Positions 47,828-57,326 of a stretch of DNA of 64,000 nucleotides are shown in pieces. The translations under genes and the position numbers were made by a program. The DNA lies in IMG/VR virus record IMGVR_UViG_3300028572_000010, positions 1-64,000 of that record; one strand, written 5' to 3'. Position 1 is the first letter of the stretch. Every line of letters starts with the position of its first letter. The DNA comes from an uncultured virus (IMG/VR IMGVR_UViG_3300028572_000010). Taxonomy: Duplodnaviria; Heunggongvirae; Uroviricota; Caudoviricetes. Under the pieces are notes generated by a model. It had not been told where the DNA came from, did no database searches, and saw nothing but the letters and a program-made list of their open reading frames with translations.

Positions 47828-48451
47828 ATGGACCAACAAACAATCGATTTACTTAAAGGTTTGGGTAGTAGTGCAGGTGTAGGTGCTGGAATTGGAGCAG
47901 TTGGTATGGGTGCTGCTAATCTACTATCTCCAGAAGAACACAAGAAAAGAAGTTTGTTAAAGAGTATGCTATTAGGTGGTGCTTTAGGTGGTGTTACTGG
48001 TGGAGGTATGCGCGCTGCCAAAGATTATTTAGATCCAGAAGCATCACATGATCCTTCTGCTGGGTTAGGTGATTTGCTTAACCCTGCTTCTACTCCTAAA
48101 CCTACAGAACAGAAAGGCATGATACATAGTGGTTTAGATTGGGTGGCAGGACATCCAGGACTAAGTTCATTGGGTGGAGGGGCAGTGTTACCTGGACTAT
48201 CACAATATGCTAGAAAACAAATAGATACAGAAAAATATCCAGATCATTGGTATGCCAAATATAAAGGTGCTCCTCCAGAACTCAAATTTGGCAAGTATCC
48301 TACAAAGACGTTATCATTTAAAGGTTTGTTAGGTGCAGGTTTAGGTTATGGATTATCTAGTGGGCTACATGAATATGGGCTGCAAGATGAAAGATATAAC
48401 GATGTTAACAATCTTAATGCGGTAAGAGAGAATGCAGCTAATTTAAAGTAA
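47828..48451 (+). CDS. Glycine-zipper protein
   Basis: GVGAGIGAVGMG; LLGGALGGVTGG. Confidence 0.6.
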   Translation: MDQQTIDLLKGLGSSAGVGAGIGAVGMGAANLLSPEEHKKRSLLKSMLLGGALGGVTGGGMRAAKDYLDPEASHDPSAGLGDLLNPASTPKPTEQKGMIHSGLDWVAGHPGLSSLGGGAVLPGLSQYARKQIDTEKYPDHWYAKYKGAPPELKFGKYPTKTLSFKGLLGAGLGYGLSSGLHEYGLQDERYNDVNNLNAVRENAANLK

Positions 48452-48455
48452 TATC

Positions 48456-51014
48456 ATGATTCTTAAATTTACTGGTAATAATGACTTTGATTTTGATTGT
48501 GAAAGTGTGGTGCTTTTAAAAGACTCAGGCAAAGAGTTAAAGAAGAGGGCTTCTGCTAAATCATTATTGAAGTACGAAAAGACTCCAAATCAAGAGGATT
48601 TGCATATAATTGCTGTAGGATCATATGAAGGTACAGGATGTTTCTTTAAAGGAGCACCAGTACAAACTATCAATGGTATAAAACCTATAGAAGATATAAA
48701 AGTTGGAGATTTAGTACTTACACATAAAGGCAGATATAGAAAAGTGCTAAAAACCTACGAAAATGATTTTAGTGGAGTTAAAGTATCATTAGATATTGTT
48801 AGTCTGTGTGATAGAATAGAATGCACTGATAATCATCCTATACAAGTAATTAAAGCTGTAGATTTTAGAACTAAACATCGCTGTCCTTCATTATTAGATG
48901 ATGGTGTGAATCCCAAAGATGTATTGGATGATATTATAAGCAAAGCCCCCTATATTCCAGCTAGTGAGATTAAACCTGGAGATTATGTATTAACTCCTAT
49001 TAATATAGATAATGAAGATAAAAAAGAAGTATTTTCTGAAGATGATGCTTATTTGTTTGGTTATTACTTAGCTGAAGGATGTTTGGCGAAAGAATATAGA
49101 GAAGATAGAAGTCATTGTGGTGAGTATACAAAAATCCTGTTTACTATGGCGGTTGGGGATCAGCCTTGTATTGATAAGATCCAATCTATTATAAAGAAAC
49201 TGAATGGGGCCGAAACTAGTATTCAAAAATCATTTACTAGTGAATATGGCAGAAGATTTTCGTTCCAAAATTATGAAAAAGCCCAACAATGCCTAAAACT
49301 ATTTGGTTGTCATTCCACTATAAAATTCTTATCACCTATAATATTCCAGCAATCTATTGAGTGGAAACTTAAGTTCTTAGCTGCTTATTTTGATGGTGAT
49401 GGACATGTTATAGGACCTGATTCAAATGGAGCAGCCAGATATATAGGTTCAATGTCAGCCTCCACAGCTTCTAGAAATCTAGCTTATGATTTACATCGGT
49501 TATTGGCTTCTTGTGGTATAACTTCGAATGTTTATAAAGGAATGAATAAACACTCTAATGGATGCTTTGGAAAAACTGACCATGTTATTTATACTGTAGG
49601 GGTTGGGAGTTGTCATTCGAATAAAATACTACAATATACTCTTCGACTAGCTCCATCAAGTAAACAACCAAAATATCTTGCAGGTAGATCTTGGATTAGT
49701 AGTAATCATTTAGTATTACAAGTTGGACTGGTTGAACTATCTGAAATAGAAGATACAATAAAGTATAATCTAGAAGTTGAAGAAGATAATACATATGTAG
49801 TGGACATCCAAGTACATAATAGCAATCGCAACGGCGATTGCTTTTTAGAGAAGGATTGTATCAAAAATCATCATTATTTCTCTGATAGTAAAAGAGCTGT
49901 GCATAGGCATCATCAAAATAAACCAAATGATCCTAAGTATGGAACTATAAAAGCTTCAGCTTATAATGACAAGATGCGTAGAATAGAATTAGTAGTAGGA
50001 TTGGATAGAGATAAATGTGCAGATATTCTAGATGAGCAAGAACGAACAGGTAATACGAATTGGAGTATGGCTGCAAAAATGGCCTCTGACCTATGCTCTT
50101 GGTGTGGTCATAGAGCTAAAACAGAGAATGATAGATGTGATTGCGTTAAGAATCATTTAGGAGAAATTAATAAAGAGGGTGAAATGTGCCGAATGATTAA
50201 TACTCCGGACCCTAGATGGTTTGAGATTAGTTATGTACGTAGACCTGCTGACAGGATTGGTATGAGCTTATCCAAACTAGCGTCAGATTTAACTTATAAA
50301 CCACTTCCTCCCTCTCACTTCCTTAATCTATACAGTGATATTTATATACCTGATGAATTAATGATTAGTAAGAAAGCTTCGGATAAAAGGGAATTACTAA
50401 CGAAATTAGCAGAATTAGAAAAGTATGTGGATGCTGTAACTAAAGGTAATCCAGTTACTAGTAAGGATAAGTTTATTAAGGAACATGGACATAAACTTAA
50501 GCATACTCCTAATATAGATAGTAATAGCATAGATTCATTACGTAAACTAGATCCAGGTACTGTATTGAAGACATTGGCAGATCATGGAATAGTTTTAAAG
50601 CCTGAGGATTTTAGTAGATATGTGTTTGATGATAAGGTTAAGCCTGAGCGAGTAGAAGGAATGAAGACACATTTACCTCATATCTATAATAAGCTGGATA
50701 ATGATAAGGCTGTAAACTCTGAAACATTTGATCCTAGCCTGCATACTCATACTCCTCATGATTTGGATAAGACGGTTAAAGGTTTGGAGGAAGGGCATAG
50801 TTTGAAAGAAGGTCCAGTAGTTAGAAGACTAATGATTGTAATTTGTGGTAGTGGGAATATTAAGAGAGAAGAACAAGAACCTACTAAAGAAGCATGTGAC
50901 CTGGAATTTGCAAAGAAGTATGCGGAGTATCAGCTAGCTAGTTTAAACTACATTAATGAACAAGGTAAGCTAACTGATGATATTCTACTTAATACTATTT
51001 TAATGAATCAGTAA
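48456..51014 (+). CDS. Prohead protease (HK97/assemblin-like fold with Zn-finger insert) containing an intein
   Basis: Extein: SNRNGDCF...HRHHQN...YGTIKASAYN...WSMAA..CSWCG..C..FEISYVRRPAD. Confidence 0.7.
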   Translation: MILKFTGNNDFDFDCESVVLLKDSGKELKKRASAKSLLKYEKTPNQEDLHIIAVGSYEGTGCFFKGAPVQTINGIKPIEDIKVGDLVLTHKGRYRKVLKTYENDFSGVKVSLDIVSLCDRIECTDNHPIQVIKAVDFRTKHRCPSLLDDGVNPKDVLDDIISKAPYIPASEIKPGDYVLTPINIDNEDKKEVFSEDDAYLFGYYLAEGCLAKEYREDRSHCGEYTKILFTMAVGDQPCIDKIQSIIKKLNGAETSIQKSFTSEYGRRFSFQNYEKAQQCLKLFGCHSTIKFLSPIIFQQSIEWKLKFLAAYFDGDGHVIGPDSNGAARYIGSMSASTASRNLAYDLHRLLASCGITSNVYKGMNKHSNGCFGKTDHVIYTVGVGSCHSNKILQYTLRLAPSSKQPKYLAGRSWISSNHLVLQVGLVELSEIEDTIKYNLEVEEDNTYVVDIQVHNSNRNGDCFLEKDCIKNHHYFSDSKRAVHRHHQNKPNDPKYGTIKASAYNDKMRRIELVVGLDRDKCADILDEQERTGNTNWSMAAKMASDLCSWCGHRAKTENDRCDCVKNHLGEINKEGEMCRMINTPDPRWFEISYVRRPADRIGMSLSKLASDLTYKPLPPSHFLNLYSDIYIPDELMISKKASDKRELLTKLAELEKYVDAVTKGNPVTSKDKFIKEHGHKLKHTPNIDSNSIDSLRKLDPGTVLKTLADHGIVLKPEDFSRYVFDDKVKPERVEGMKTHLPHIYNKLDNDKAVNSETFDPSLHTHTPHDLDKTVKGLEEGHSLKEGPVVRRLMIVICGSGNIKREEQEPTKEACDLEFAKKYAEYQLASLNYINEQGKLTDDILLNTILMNQ
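48639..49820 (+). mobile_element. Intein with LAGLIDADG endonuclease (394 aa)
   Basis: CFFKGAPV...CTDNHP...LFGYYLAEG...FLAAYFDGDG...YNLEVEEDNTY..VHN|S. Confidence 0.9.
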
Positions 51015-51017
51015 GTT

Positions 51018-51680
51018 ATGAATGAAGAATCTTTTAAATACGGTTTCATTAAAGCTGCTATCGATAATGGATTAAATCTATTACAGACAGGAGAACTACT
51101 CAAATTAGCTGAATCTTCTGGGTTAGGTAGATACTTTGCCCAAAAAGCTATAGCTGCGCAAACATATGTAGATAATCCAGCTAGATCAGTTCCTGGTATG
51201 ATGTTAGGTTCTGTTCCTTATGTTAGTTTGTTAGGTACCCCAGAAATGTTCGCCAGCCGTTTCTTAGGTAAAAAAGATGAACGAGGGAAAAGGATGAATC
51301 AAAGTTTGCAAGATATGAAGGCAAGGACAACGGGTGAAAATACATGGCATAGTGCTAAACAATGGGCAAAACCTATGGCACTATTAGGTGGTCTTGCTGG
51401 TGCTGCTATTGGTGGATATGCAGGTAGCCACGTTGGGCCTGACCCCGAAATACTAAACACAAAAGAAATGCTAATGAATGGTGGAGTAGGAGCCTTAATT
51501 GGTACTGGTGTTGGAGGTTTGGTTGGAGGTTTGGGCGGAGGTTTGGGTGGTGCAATAAACAAATATATTACAAATAATACTACTAATGAATCACAACATA
51601 GGGCACTTAAAATGAAGAATGAACATCCTTATCTCACTGCTTTGCCTTTTGGTGATATGATTGGTGCAAGGATGGGTTAA
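51018..51680 (+). CDS. FKYGFIKAA-tag glycine-zipper protein
   Basis: Starts MNEESFKYGFIKAA; long GGLxGGLxGG zipper. Confidence 0.65.
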   Translation: MNEESFKYGFIKAAIDNGLNLLQTGELLKLAESSGLGRYFAQKAIAAQTYVDNPARSVPGMMLGSVPYVSLLGTPEMFASRFLGKKDERGKRMNQSLQDMKARTTGENTWHSAKQWAKPMALLGGLAGAAIGGYAGSHVGPDPEILNTKEMLMNGGVGALIGTGVGGLVGGLGGGLGGAINKYITNNTTNESQHRALKMKNEHPYLTALPFGDMIGARMG

Positions 51681-51685
51681 ACTCT

Positions 51686-51832
51686 ATGAATAAGTCAGTT
51701 AAAGAAAATAAAATAAAAATAGCATTCAAAGCTGGTTTCTTCAAAGCTGCTGCAGAATTAGGTATAGATAATAACTTCACTAACAAACTATATAATAAGA
51801 GGGCTGGTTGGCTTAAACAATATATTAAATGA
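51686..51832 (+). CDS. 48-aa tag-only protein (not in track)
   Basis: MNKSVKENKIKIAFKAGFFKAAAELG...NKRAGW; ATGA overlap with the ligase gene. Confidence 0.55.
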   Translation: MNKSVKENKIKIAFKAGFFKAAAELGIDNNFTNKLYNKRAGWLKQYIK

Positions 51833-53229
51833 GTTTTGAAGTACTAAGAGATATAATAAAGAACTCCACCAAATTTGGTGGAGTTCCTCTTTATACTAAG
51901 CTAGCTGATTTTGCTCCTGGAATTAAAGATAGAAACAACTATGGAAATGTAAAAGATATTCCACTCTATAAAAAGCTTAAGTTCGTTGTTCAAAATCATT
52001 ATGCTAGGAAGGCTGGATTTCACCATGATATTAGATTAGGAGATAAAGAACTCCATAGTTTTGTATCTAAACATGGACTACCTAAACCTGGAGAGAAGAG
52101 GTTATTTATCCAACAACCTTTACATACTAGAGAATATGCAGATTTTCGAGGAGAGATTAAAAGTGGATATGGGGCTGGAAAAGTAACCACCAATGAATCA
52201 GGCAGTGCTATTGTAACTAAAGCTGAACCTAAAAAGATTAACTTCACCTTATTACATAGAAAGTTTCCTGAACAGTTCTCCTTAATCAATACTAAAGGTA
52301 AAAACTGGTTGGCATTAAATACAAGTCCTACCAATGCTAAGAAGTATATTAAGAATCCAGAAGCATTGAATAAATTAAAAATGAAGTCTCTAACTAATCC
52401 AGACTTAAAAGAACTATCTAAGACACATCTAATCTCAGCTAAATTGAGTGGGGCTTCGAACTTGTTTAGACTTAATAAAAATAGTGTAGATGTAGTATCT
52501 TATAGAGTTAGTAAGACTGGGAGGCCTATAATACATACTCTTAAAATGTTCGGACTAGATAAACAAGACTTGGATATACCAGATGAATTGGTTGGTACTA
52601 TATTGAGAGGTGAACTATATGGTATTAGAAATGGTGAAGCTATACCTGAACAAACTTTAGGTGGGCTGCTTAATTCTAGTACTGAGAAGTCATTAAATAC
52701 ACAGAAGAAGGAAAAGATAAAACTTAAAGCTGCCATATTTGATATAGTAGGATTTAAAGGTGGCCCAGATAATAGAAGAGCTAAAATACAAGAGATACTA
52801 CAACACCTACCTAAAGATAAATTTGAAGAAGTACCGTATCTAGATAGAGAAAATGTAGTTAAGAAGATACAGGATATAGCTAAAGGTAAGAATAAGTTGA
52901 CTAGTGAGGGTGTGGTAGCCTGGTCTAGAAAAAATAATGAGCCTTTTAAATTGAAGAACTTTATTGAAAGAGATGTATATGCTAGAGGATTTTCTGAAGG
53001 TAAGGGTAGATTGAAGAATAAAGGAGTGGGTGCAGTTAAATATTCTTTAACACCTAAAAGTAAAGTAGTAGGTGAGGTTGCGAGTGGATTGACTGATGCT
53101 ACTAGAAAAGATATATACAACAATCCTAAAGATTATTTAGGACGAGTAGCTAATGTAAGATATAGTAAGCAGATGAGAAGTGGGGCCTTATTCCAACCCT
53201 CATTCCTAGCCTGGCATGAATCGAAGTAA
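51829..53229 (+). CDS. LigD-like phosphoesterase domain fused to an ATP-dependent DNA ligase
   Basis: FVVQNHYARKAGFHHDIRL; SAKLSG (motif I), LRGELYG, IFDIV, EGVV, KLK; OB-fold GEVASGLTD. Confidence 0.75.
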   Translation: MSFEVLRDIIKNSTKFGGVPLYTKLADFAPGIKDRNNYGNVKDIPLYKKLKFVVQNHYARKAGFHHDIRLGDKELHSFVSKHGLPKPGEKRLFIQQPLHTREYADFRGEIKSGYGAGKVTTNESGSAIVTKAEPKKINFTLLHRKFPEQFSLINTKGKNWLALNTSPTNAKKYIKNPEALNKLKMKSLTNPDLKELSKTHLISAKLSGASNLFRLNKNSVDVVSYRVSKTGRPIIHTLKMFGLDKQDLDIPDELVGTILRGELYGIRNGEAIPEQTLGGLLNSSTEKSLNTQKKEKIKLKAAIFDIVGFKGGPDNRRAKIQEILQHLPKDKFEEVPYLDRENVVKKIQDIAKGKNKLTSEGVVAWSRKNNEPFKLKNFIERDVYARGFSEGKGRLKNKGVGAVKYSLTPKSKVVGEVASGLTDATRKDIYNNPKDYLGRVANVRYSKQMRSGALFQPSFLAWHESK

Positions 53230-53230
53230 T

Positions 53231-53641
53231 ATGGAACTTAAATGTAAAAATTGTGGTAAAGTATTAAAAGGTAGATGGAAAAACTACTGTTCTAGAAAAT
53301 GTGGTTCTCTATTCTACATAGCTAGCCATCACCATGAAACTGATATAGAGAAGAAGATGAGAGAATGGTTGGAGAAACAAAATATAAACTTTAAATCTCA
53401 AGTAAGTATAAAGAATATTTCTGTTCCTGACTTTGTTTTAGATAATAATGTATTGATTTATTGTGATGGAGATAGATGGCATTCAGGAGCTAAAAGAAGA
53501 TTTCGTGATGCCAGGATAAATAGTAGATTACAAAAGTTAAATTATATTGTTCTAAGATATAAAGGTTCTGCCATACTAAAAGAGTTTGATAAAGTTGCAG
53601 AAGATATATTAACACATTTATCAGCTTGTAATAATATATAA
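53231..53641 (+). CDS. Zn-finger + Vsr/DUF559-like PD-(D/E)XK endonuclease
   Basis: CKNC..YCSRKC; TDIEKK; VPDF; IYCDGDRWH; RD. Confidence 0.75.
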   Translation: MELKCKNCGKVLKGRWKNYCSRKCGSLFYIASHHHETDIEKKMREWLEKQNINFKSQVSIKNISVPDFVLDNNVLIYCDGDRWHSGAKRRFRDARINSRLQKLNYIVLRYKGSAILKEFDKVAEDILTHLSACNNI

Positions 53642-53682
53642 ATAAGTTAAAATGATTAAAGATATCACTTACAATTAACAAT

Positions 53683-54555
53683 ATGCCTAGTACTAGTCAG
53701 AAACAAGAAAAGTTCTTTAATTTTGTGCATGCAGTTCAAAAGGGTGAAGCTAGTGGTAAAGGCTATCCTAAAGTAGAAGAAGTTGCGCACGAACTGAAAC
53801 CAAGCTCTGTAGAACATTTTATGGGAAGAGGACATATAGATAAATCACTGCCTAAAAGAGCAGAAATACTTAAAACTATTAAGAAACAGATGAATAAAGA
53901 AAAGCGAGCAGGCTGGTATGAAGAATATCGTAATAACATCAACAATATTAATGGGCACTATTCTCCAGAAAAATTCAAAGACATGACCGGTATTGATGTT
54001 AAGCGAGGTAGTTGTGAATGTGGTAAATGTCCTGAGTGTATCGGACATGGAGATGAACAAGAAGATAAGAAACTAATTAAAGAGATAGTTAAACCTGAAG
54101 CACTTAAAGACATGAACAAAGAAGCATTTGATAGAGGATTTATAAAGACTGCACTGACTAACGGAGTACAACCTCTATTAGCTGTTAAATTATTGAAGCA
54201 CGCCTTTGATATGCATCAATTACAACAATTAATAGCTCAACACCCTGAAGCTGCTGGTGCTATAGGTGGTGGATTGGGTGGAGCTAGTTTAGGAGCTATG
54301 GCTGGTGGGAAAGAACATAGAGGTAGTGGAGCTTTACTAGGTGGATTGACTGGAGCTGGTTTGGGTGGATTAGGTGGTGCTTCAATTGACCCACATGTAC
54401 TAGCTAAACTATTAGGCCAACAAGAATTACCTTCTAGTGCTCCTGGTGGTAGTCATGGTCCTTTGTCTGCCTTAACTGATGGAGCATTCAATGCACCAAA
54501 GCCTAATCAAGATGAAACTAACGTAATTAATGGTGCTATAAACCACGGTCCTTAA
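53683..54555 (+). CDS. Modular head protein: DUF3008-like N-domain, internal FDRGFIKTA tag, glycine zipper
   Basis: MPSTSQKQEKFF..; KRA; MNKEAFDRGFIKTA; GGGLGGASLG. Confidence 0.55.
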   Translation: MPSTSQKQEKFFNFVHAVQKGEASGKGYPKVEEVAHELKPSSVEHFMGRGHIDKSLPKRAEILKTIKKQMNKEKRAGWYEEYRNNINNINGHYSPEKFKDMTGIDVKRGSCECGKCPECIGHGDEQEDKKLIKEIVKPEALKDMNKEAFDRGFIKTALTNGVQPLLAVKLLKHAFDMHQLQQLIAQHPEAAGAIGGGLGGASLGAMAGGKEHRGSGALLGGLTGAGLGGLGGASIDPHVLAKLLGQQELPSSAPGGSHGPLSALTDGAFNAPKPNQDETNVINGAINHGP

Positions 54556-54618
54556 GATACTAAATAGTTGACGATTTAATCAATTTAACATATTATAATT
54601 ATAACAACACAGGATATC

Positions 54619-55419
54619 ATGAATAATTTATACGTCCAAGAGTTCACTAAGCAAGCTTTGGCTAATGGTGTACCTCAACAAAACATTGCCGCCCTTCTAA
54701 ACAAGGCCTCTCAAATTGCTAGTAGACAAACAAAAACTGCAGCTGCTCCTAAACTAGATATTGTAGATAGTTTACTTAAGAATGCTGGAATGGAAAAGAA
54801 TGCTTCTTCGATTAGTTATGTAAATGGTATTCTTAATGAAGCATTTATGAATGGTGCTAATGTTGCCCAAGCTTTGCAATTCACCAAGACTGCTCTAGAT
54901 GCCACCAATACTAAGTTGGCATTTATGTCTAAGGTTAATGCCATCGCTAATGACCCAAGACTCAGCCAATATGCTGAAGGGTTTATTGGTATGGCTAAAC
55001 AAGCTGGTCTAAGTCAAGATGAAGCTGTTTCACTTTTAGTTGATGTTGTTGATAGAGAGAAGCAAGCACATGGTTCAGATGATAGTACCGGAATGTTTAA
55101 GCAACCTCCTGATGCTGGTGCCGGTGCTCCTCCTAGTGATCCTTCTGCTGGTGCACCTCCAAGTCCTGGTGGTCCTAGTGGTCCTGGTAGTGATCCTAGC
55201 CAAGGTGCTCCAGGTGCTGATGCTGAAACTGCACAAATTATGCAGATGCTTCAAAGCTTGCCTCCTGAAGAACAGCAACAAATAATTCAAAGTCTTTTAG
55301 CTGCAATTAGTGGCCAAGGTGGTGGACCAAGTCCAGCCGGAGCAGGTCCTGCCGGAGCACCCCCAGGAGGTCCTGGTGCAATGCCTCCAATGCCAGCTGG
55401 TCCCCAAGGTCCCTCCTAA
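54619..55419 (+). CDS. Putative head/scaffold-associated protein with Pro/Gly tail
   Basis: KQA, KTA, KNA, KLA motifs; TTGACG-N17-TATTAT promoter upstream. Confidence 0.6.
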   Translation: MNNLYVQEFTKQALANGVPQQNIAALLNKASQIASRQTKTAAAPKLDIVDSLLKNAGMEKNASSISYVNGILNEAFMNGANVAQALQFTKTALDATNTKLAFMSKVNAIANDPRLSQYAEGFIGMAKQAGLSQDEAVSLLVDVVDREKQAHGSDDSTGMFKQPPDAGAGAPPSDPSAGAPPSPGGPSGPGSDPSQGAPGADAETAQIMQMLQSLPPEEQQQIIQSLLAAISGQGGGPSPAGAGPAGAPPGGPGAMPPMPAGPQGPS

Positions 55420-55461
55420 TAAAGCTAGATAATAACTAATAACCACTAACCAATAATAATT

Positions 55462-56628
55462 ATGGGTAAAATTACTAAGAATGCAGCCTTTCTAGAACAA
55501 CTTAATACTATGATCAAGAAAGAAGCCACTGCAGGAGTAGCTACAGGTAAGCCTGGAGCTGATACACATTATACAGAAGTAAGCAAGGAACATGAAAAGG
55601 TAGACAAGAATAAAGAAGGTCACCCCGAACATAATCCTCAAGAGTTTAAACAAGAGATGGGTAATGACAAGGCTATTAAGAATGCTGAAGCCACTCCTAC
55701 TCCTGAACCTGAAAAAGTAGCGGAAATTGCCAAGGAAGCCAAGAAAGAAGAATGTGCGGTTCCTAATACTAAGCCTGCTGAAGTAGCTAAAGAAGAAGCT
55801 CCTACTACAATTATGCAACATGAAGGTAAGAAAATGGCTGCTGAATCTGGCGCTAATGAAAAGTTGGCTCAGTTAGGTCAGCAATTGTTAGATACTATTA
55901 ATGAGATGCAGAAGTCAGGTGAAGCTGGTAAGGCTACCGGTAAACCCTCTGCTGATACACATTACGTCTCTGTTAGTAAAGAGACTGAGAAGGTTAATAA
56001 GAATAAGGAAGGTCATCCCGAACACAATCCTCAAGAATTTAAGCAGGAAAAAGGTAATGACAAGGCTATTAAGAATGCTGAAGAACTTGAATTGGATAAG
56101 GAAGCTAGCTTTGAGTTGGGTAGACAGTTTGCTCGTGAATTCTTGAAGAGTAAGACTGCTAGTGTAGATGCTAATATCTATAAGGAAGCGGGTAGGAGAG
56201 ACTTCGAAGCTCTTATTGCTACTGCTGCGGCTGAACTAGAAAATGAGAATAAAGTAGTTGCTCCTAAACCTGTTACTAAGCAAGCTAATGTTAATGATGC
56301 TCAACTCCAGAAACAGGCAGAAGAACAGCAAGTTAAGCAGGCAGAAGAAGCCGGTGCCCAAGCGTTCTATGCTCTTTTGAAGCAGGCACAGGAAGAAGAA
56401 CAAGCTAATCAAATCAAGGCTGCATTTGAACAGAAGGTTAATGCTTTGACTAATGAGAAGTATGCAGCTGAAAAGAAAGCTAAAGAACTGGCTGACAAGG
56501 TAGCTCATTATGAAACTACTATTGAGAAGCAGGCAGAAGAAGCTAAACTTGATGCTAAATTTGCTTCCTGGGGTGGTAGAGTAGTGGAAGAAGTTATTGC
56601 TAGACTTAAGACTGAGTCTGCTAAATAA
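55462..56628 (+). CDS. Putative scaffolding protein
   Basis: Charged, helical, dense in K-x-A; 53-aa internal repeat; between the protease and the capsid gene. Confidence 0.6.
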   Translation: MGKITKNAAFLEQLNTMIKKEATAGVATGKPGADTHYTEVSKEHEKVDKNKEGHPEHNPQEFKQEMGNDKAIKNAEATPTPEPEKVAEIAKEAKKEECAVPNTKPAEVAKEEAPTTIMQHEGKKMAAESGANEKLAQLGQQLLDTINEMQKSGEAGKATGKPSADTHYVSVSKETEKVNKNKEGHPEHNPQEFKQEKGNDKAIKNAEELELDKEASFELGRQFAREFLKSKTASVDANIYKEAGRRDFEALIATAAAELENENKVVAPKPVTKQANVNDAQLQKQAEEQQVKQAEEAGAQAFYALLKQAQEEEQANQIKAAFEQKVNALTNEKYAAEKKAKELADKVAHYETTIEKQAEEAKLDAKFASWGGRVVEEVIARLKTESAK

Positions 56629-56792
56629 TGCCTTCTCTGTTAAATAAACTTCAGACTAAGCTAGAAGTAAATAAACCTACTTCTAGCAAAGTTAATAGCA
56701 ATAGTCTGGATAAACTCCCAGATAAAGAAAAGTTAAAGGTAATCGATTATATAAGTGCAGTAAAACATCTATCTAAACAAGCTAATGGATAA
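56628..56792 (+). CDS. Small protein (54 aa, not in track)
   Basis: MPSLLNKLQTKL...SKQANG; coupled to both neighbours. Confidence 0.5.
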   Translation: MPSLLNKLQTKLEVNKPTSSKVNSNSLDKLPDKEKLKVIDYISAVKHLSKQANG

Positions 56793-57180
56793 TAATTTTT
56801 TACATCAAGCGGCATCCTTTATTAAGTTAGCTATAGAAGTAAATGAAGATTTGCAAGATAGATTGTTGAATCAAATAAAAGCTGCTACCGTTCAAGAATT
56901 AAATAAAGAAAAATATAAGATGGCTTTGAATAAGGTTGCTGATGTTTTATATGATAGTGATTTTTTGAGTGGGGAACATGAGAAGAGAAGCTTTGTTAAA
57001 AAAGCTATGGAAGATCCTATCTATATAATAAGGACACTCGAAAAGGTTTGTGCTGCTAGTGATGTGGCGCAAATAGGTAAACCTGCTAGAATTGCGGCTA
57101 GACCTAAAACTGCTGAATCCTACGACCCCGTAATGGAAGCTGCTTTCGGTTATAGTGCTAGAACTTTGGTTGACGAATAG
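56785..57180 (+). CDS. Hypothetical head-module protein
   Basis: 131 aa; KLA, KVA, KTA motifs. Confidence 0.6.
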   Translation: MDNNFLHQAASFIKLAIEVNEDLQDRLLNQIKAATVQELNKEKYKMALNKVADVLYDSDFLSGEHEKRSFVKKAMEDPIYIIRTLEKVCAASDVAQIGKPARIAARPKTAESYDPVMEAAFGYSARTLVDE

Positions 57181-57206
57181 GTTGGTTGATTGATTATTCA
57201 TATATT

Positions 57207-57246
57207 GAGGGTGGTTAATTAAGTTTAACCACCCTTCTTATTTTTA
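57207..57246 (+). terminator. Rho-independent terminator
   Basis: GAGGGTGGTTAA..TTAACCACCCTT followed by a T-rich run. Confidence 0.7.
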
Positions 57247-57326
57247 GGTATTAGTATTAATTTCAAAGCCTTCTTCTTTCATTATATTATTTGACTTAAT
57301 TATATAATTAGATATATTAGAGAATT

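Noticed and set aside
52020..53123. Long antisense ORFs (e.g. 52500-53123, 33623-33958, 59243-59590)
   Set aside because: They are shadows of well-supported genes on the opposite strand and have no motifs of their own.
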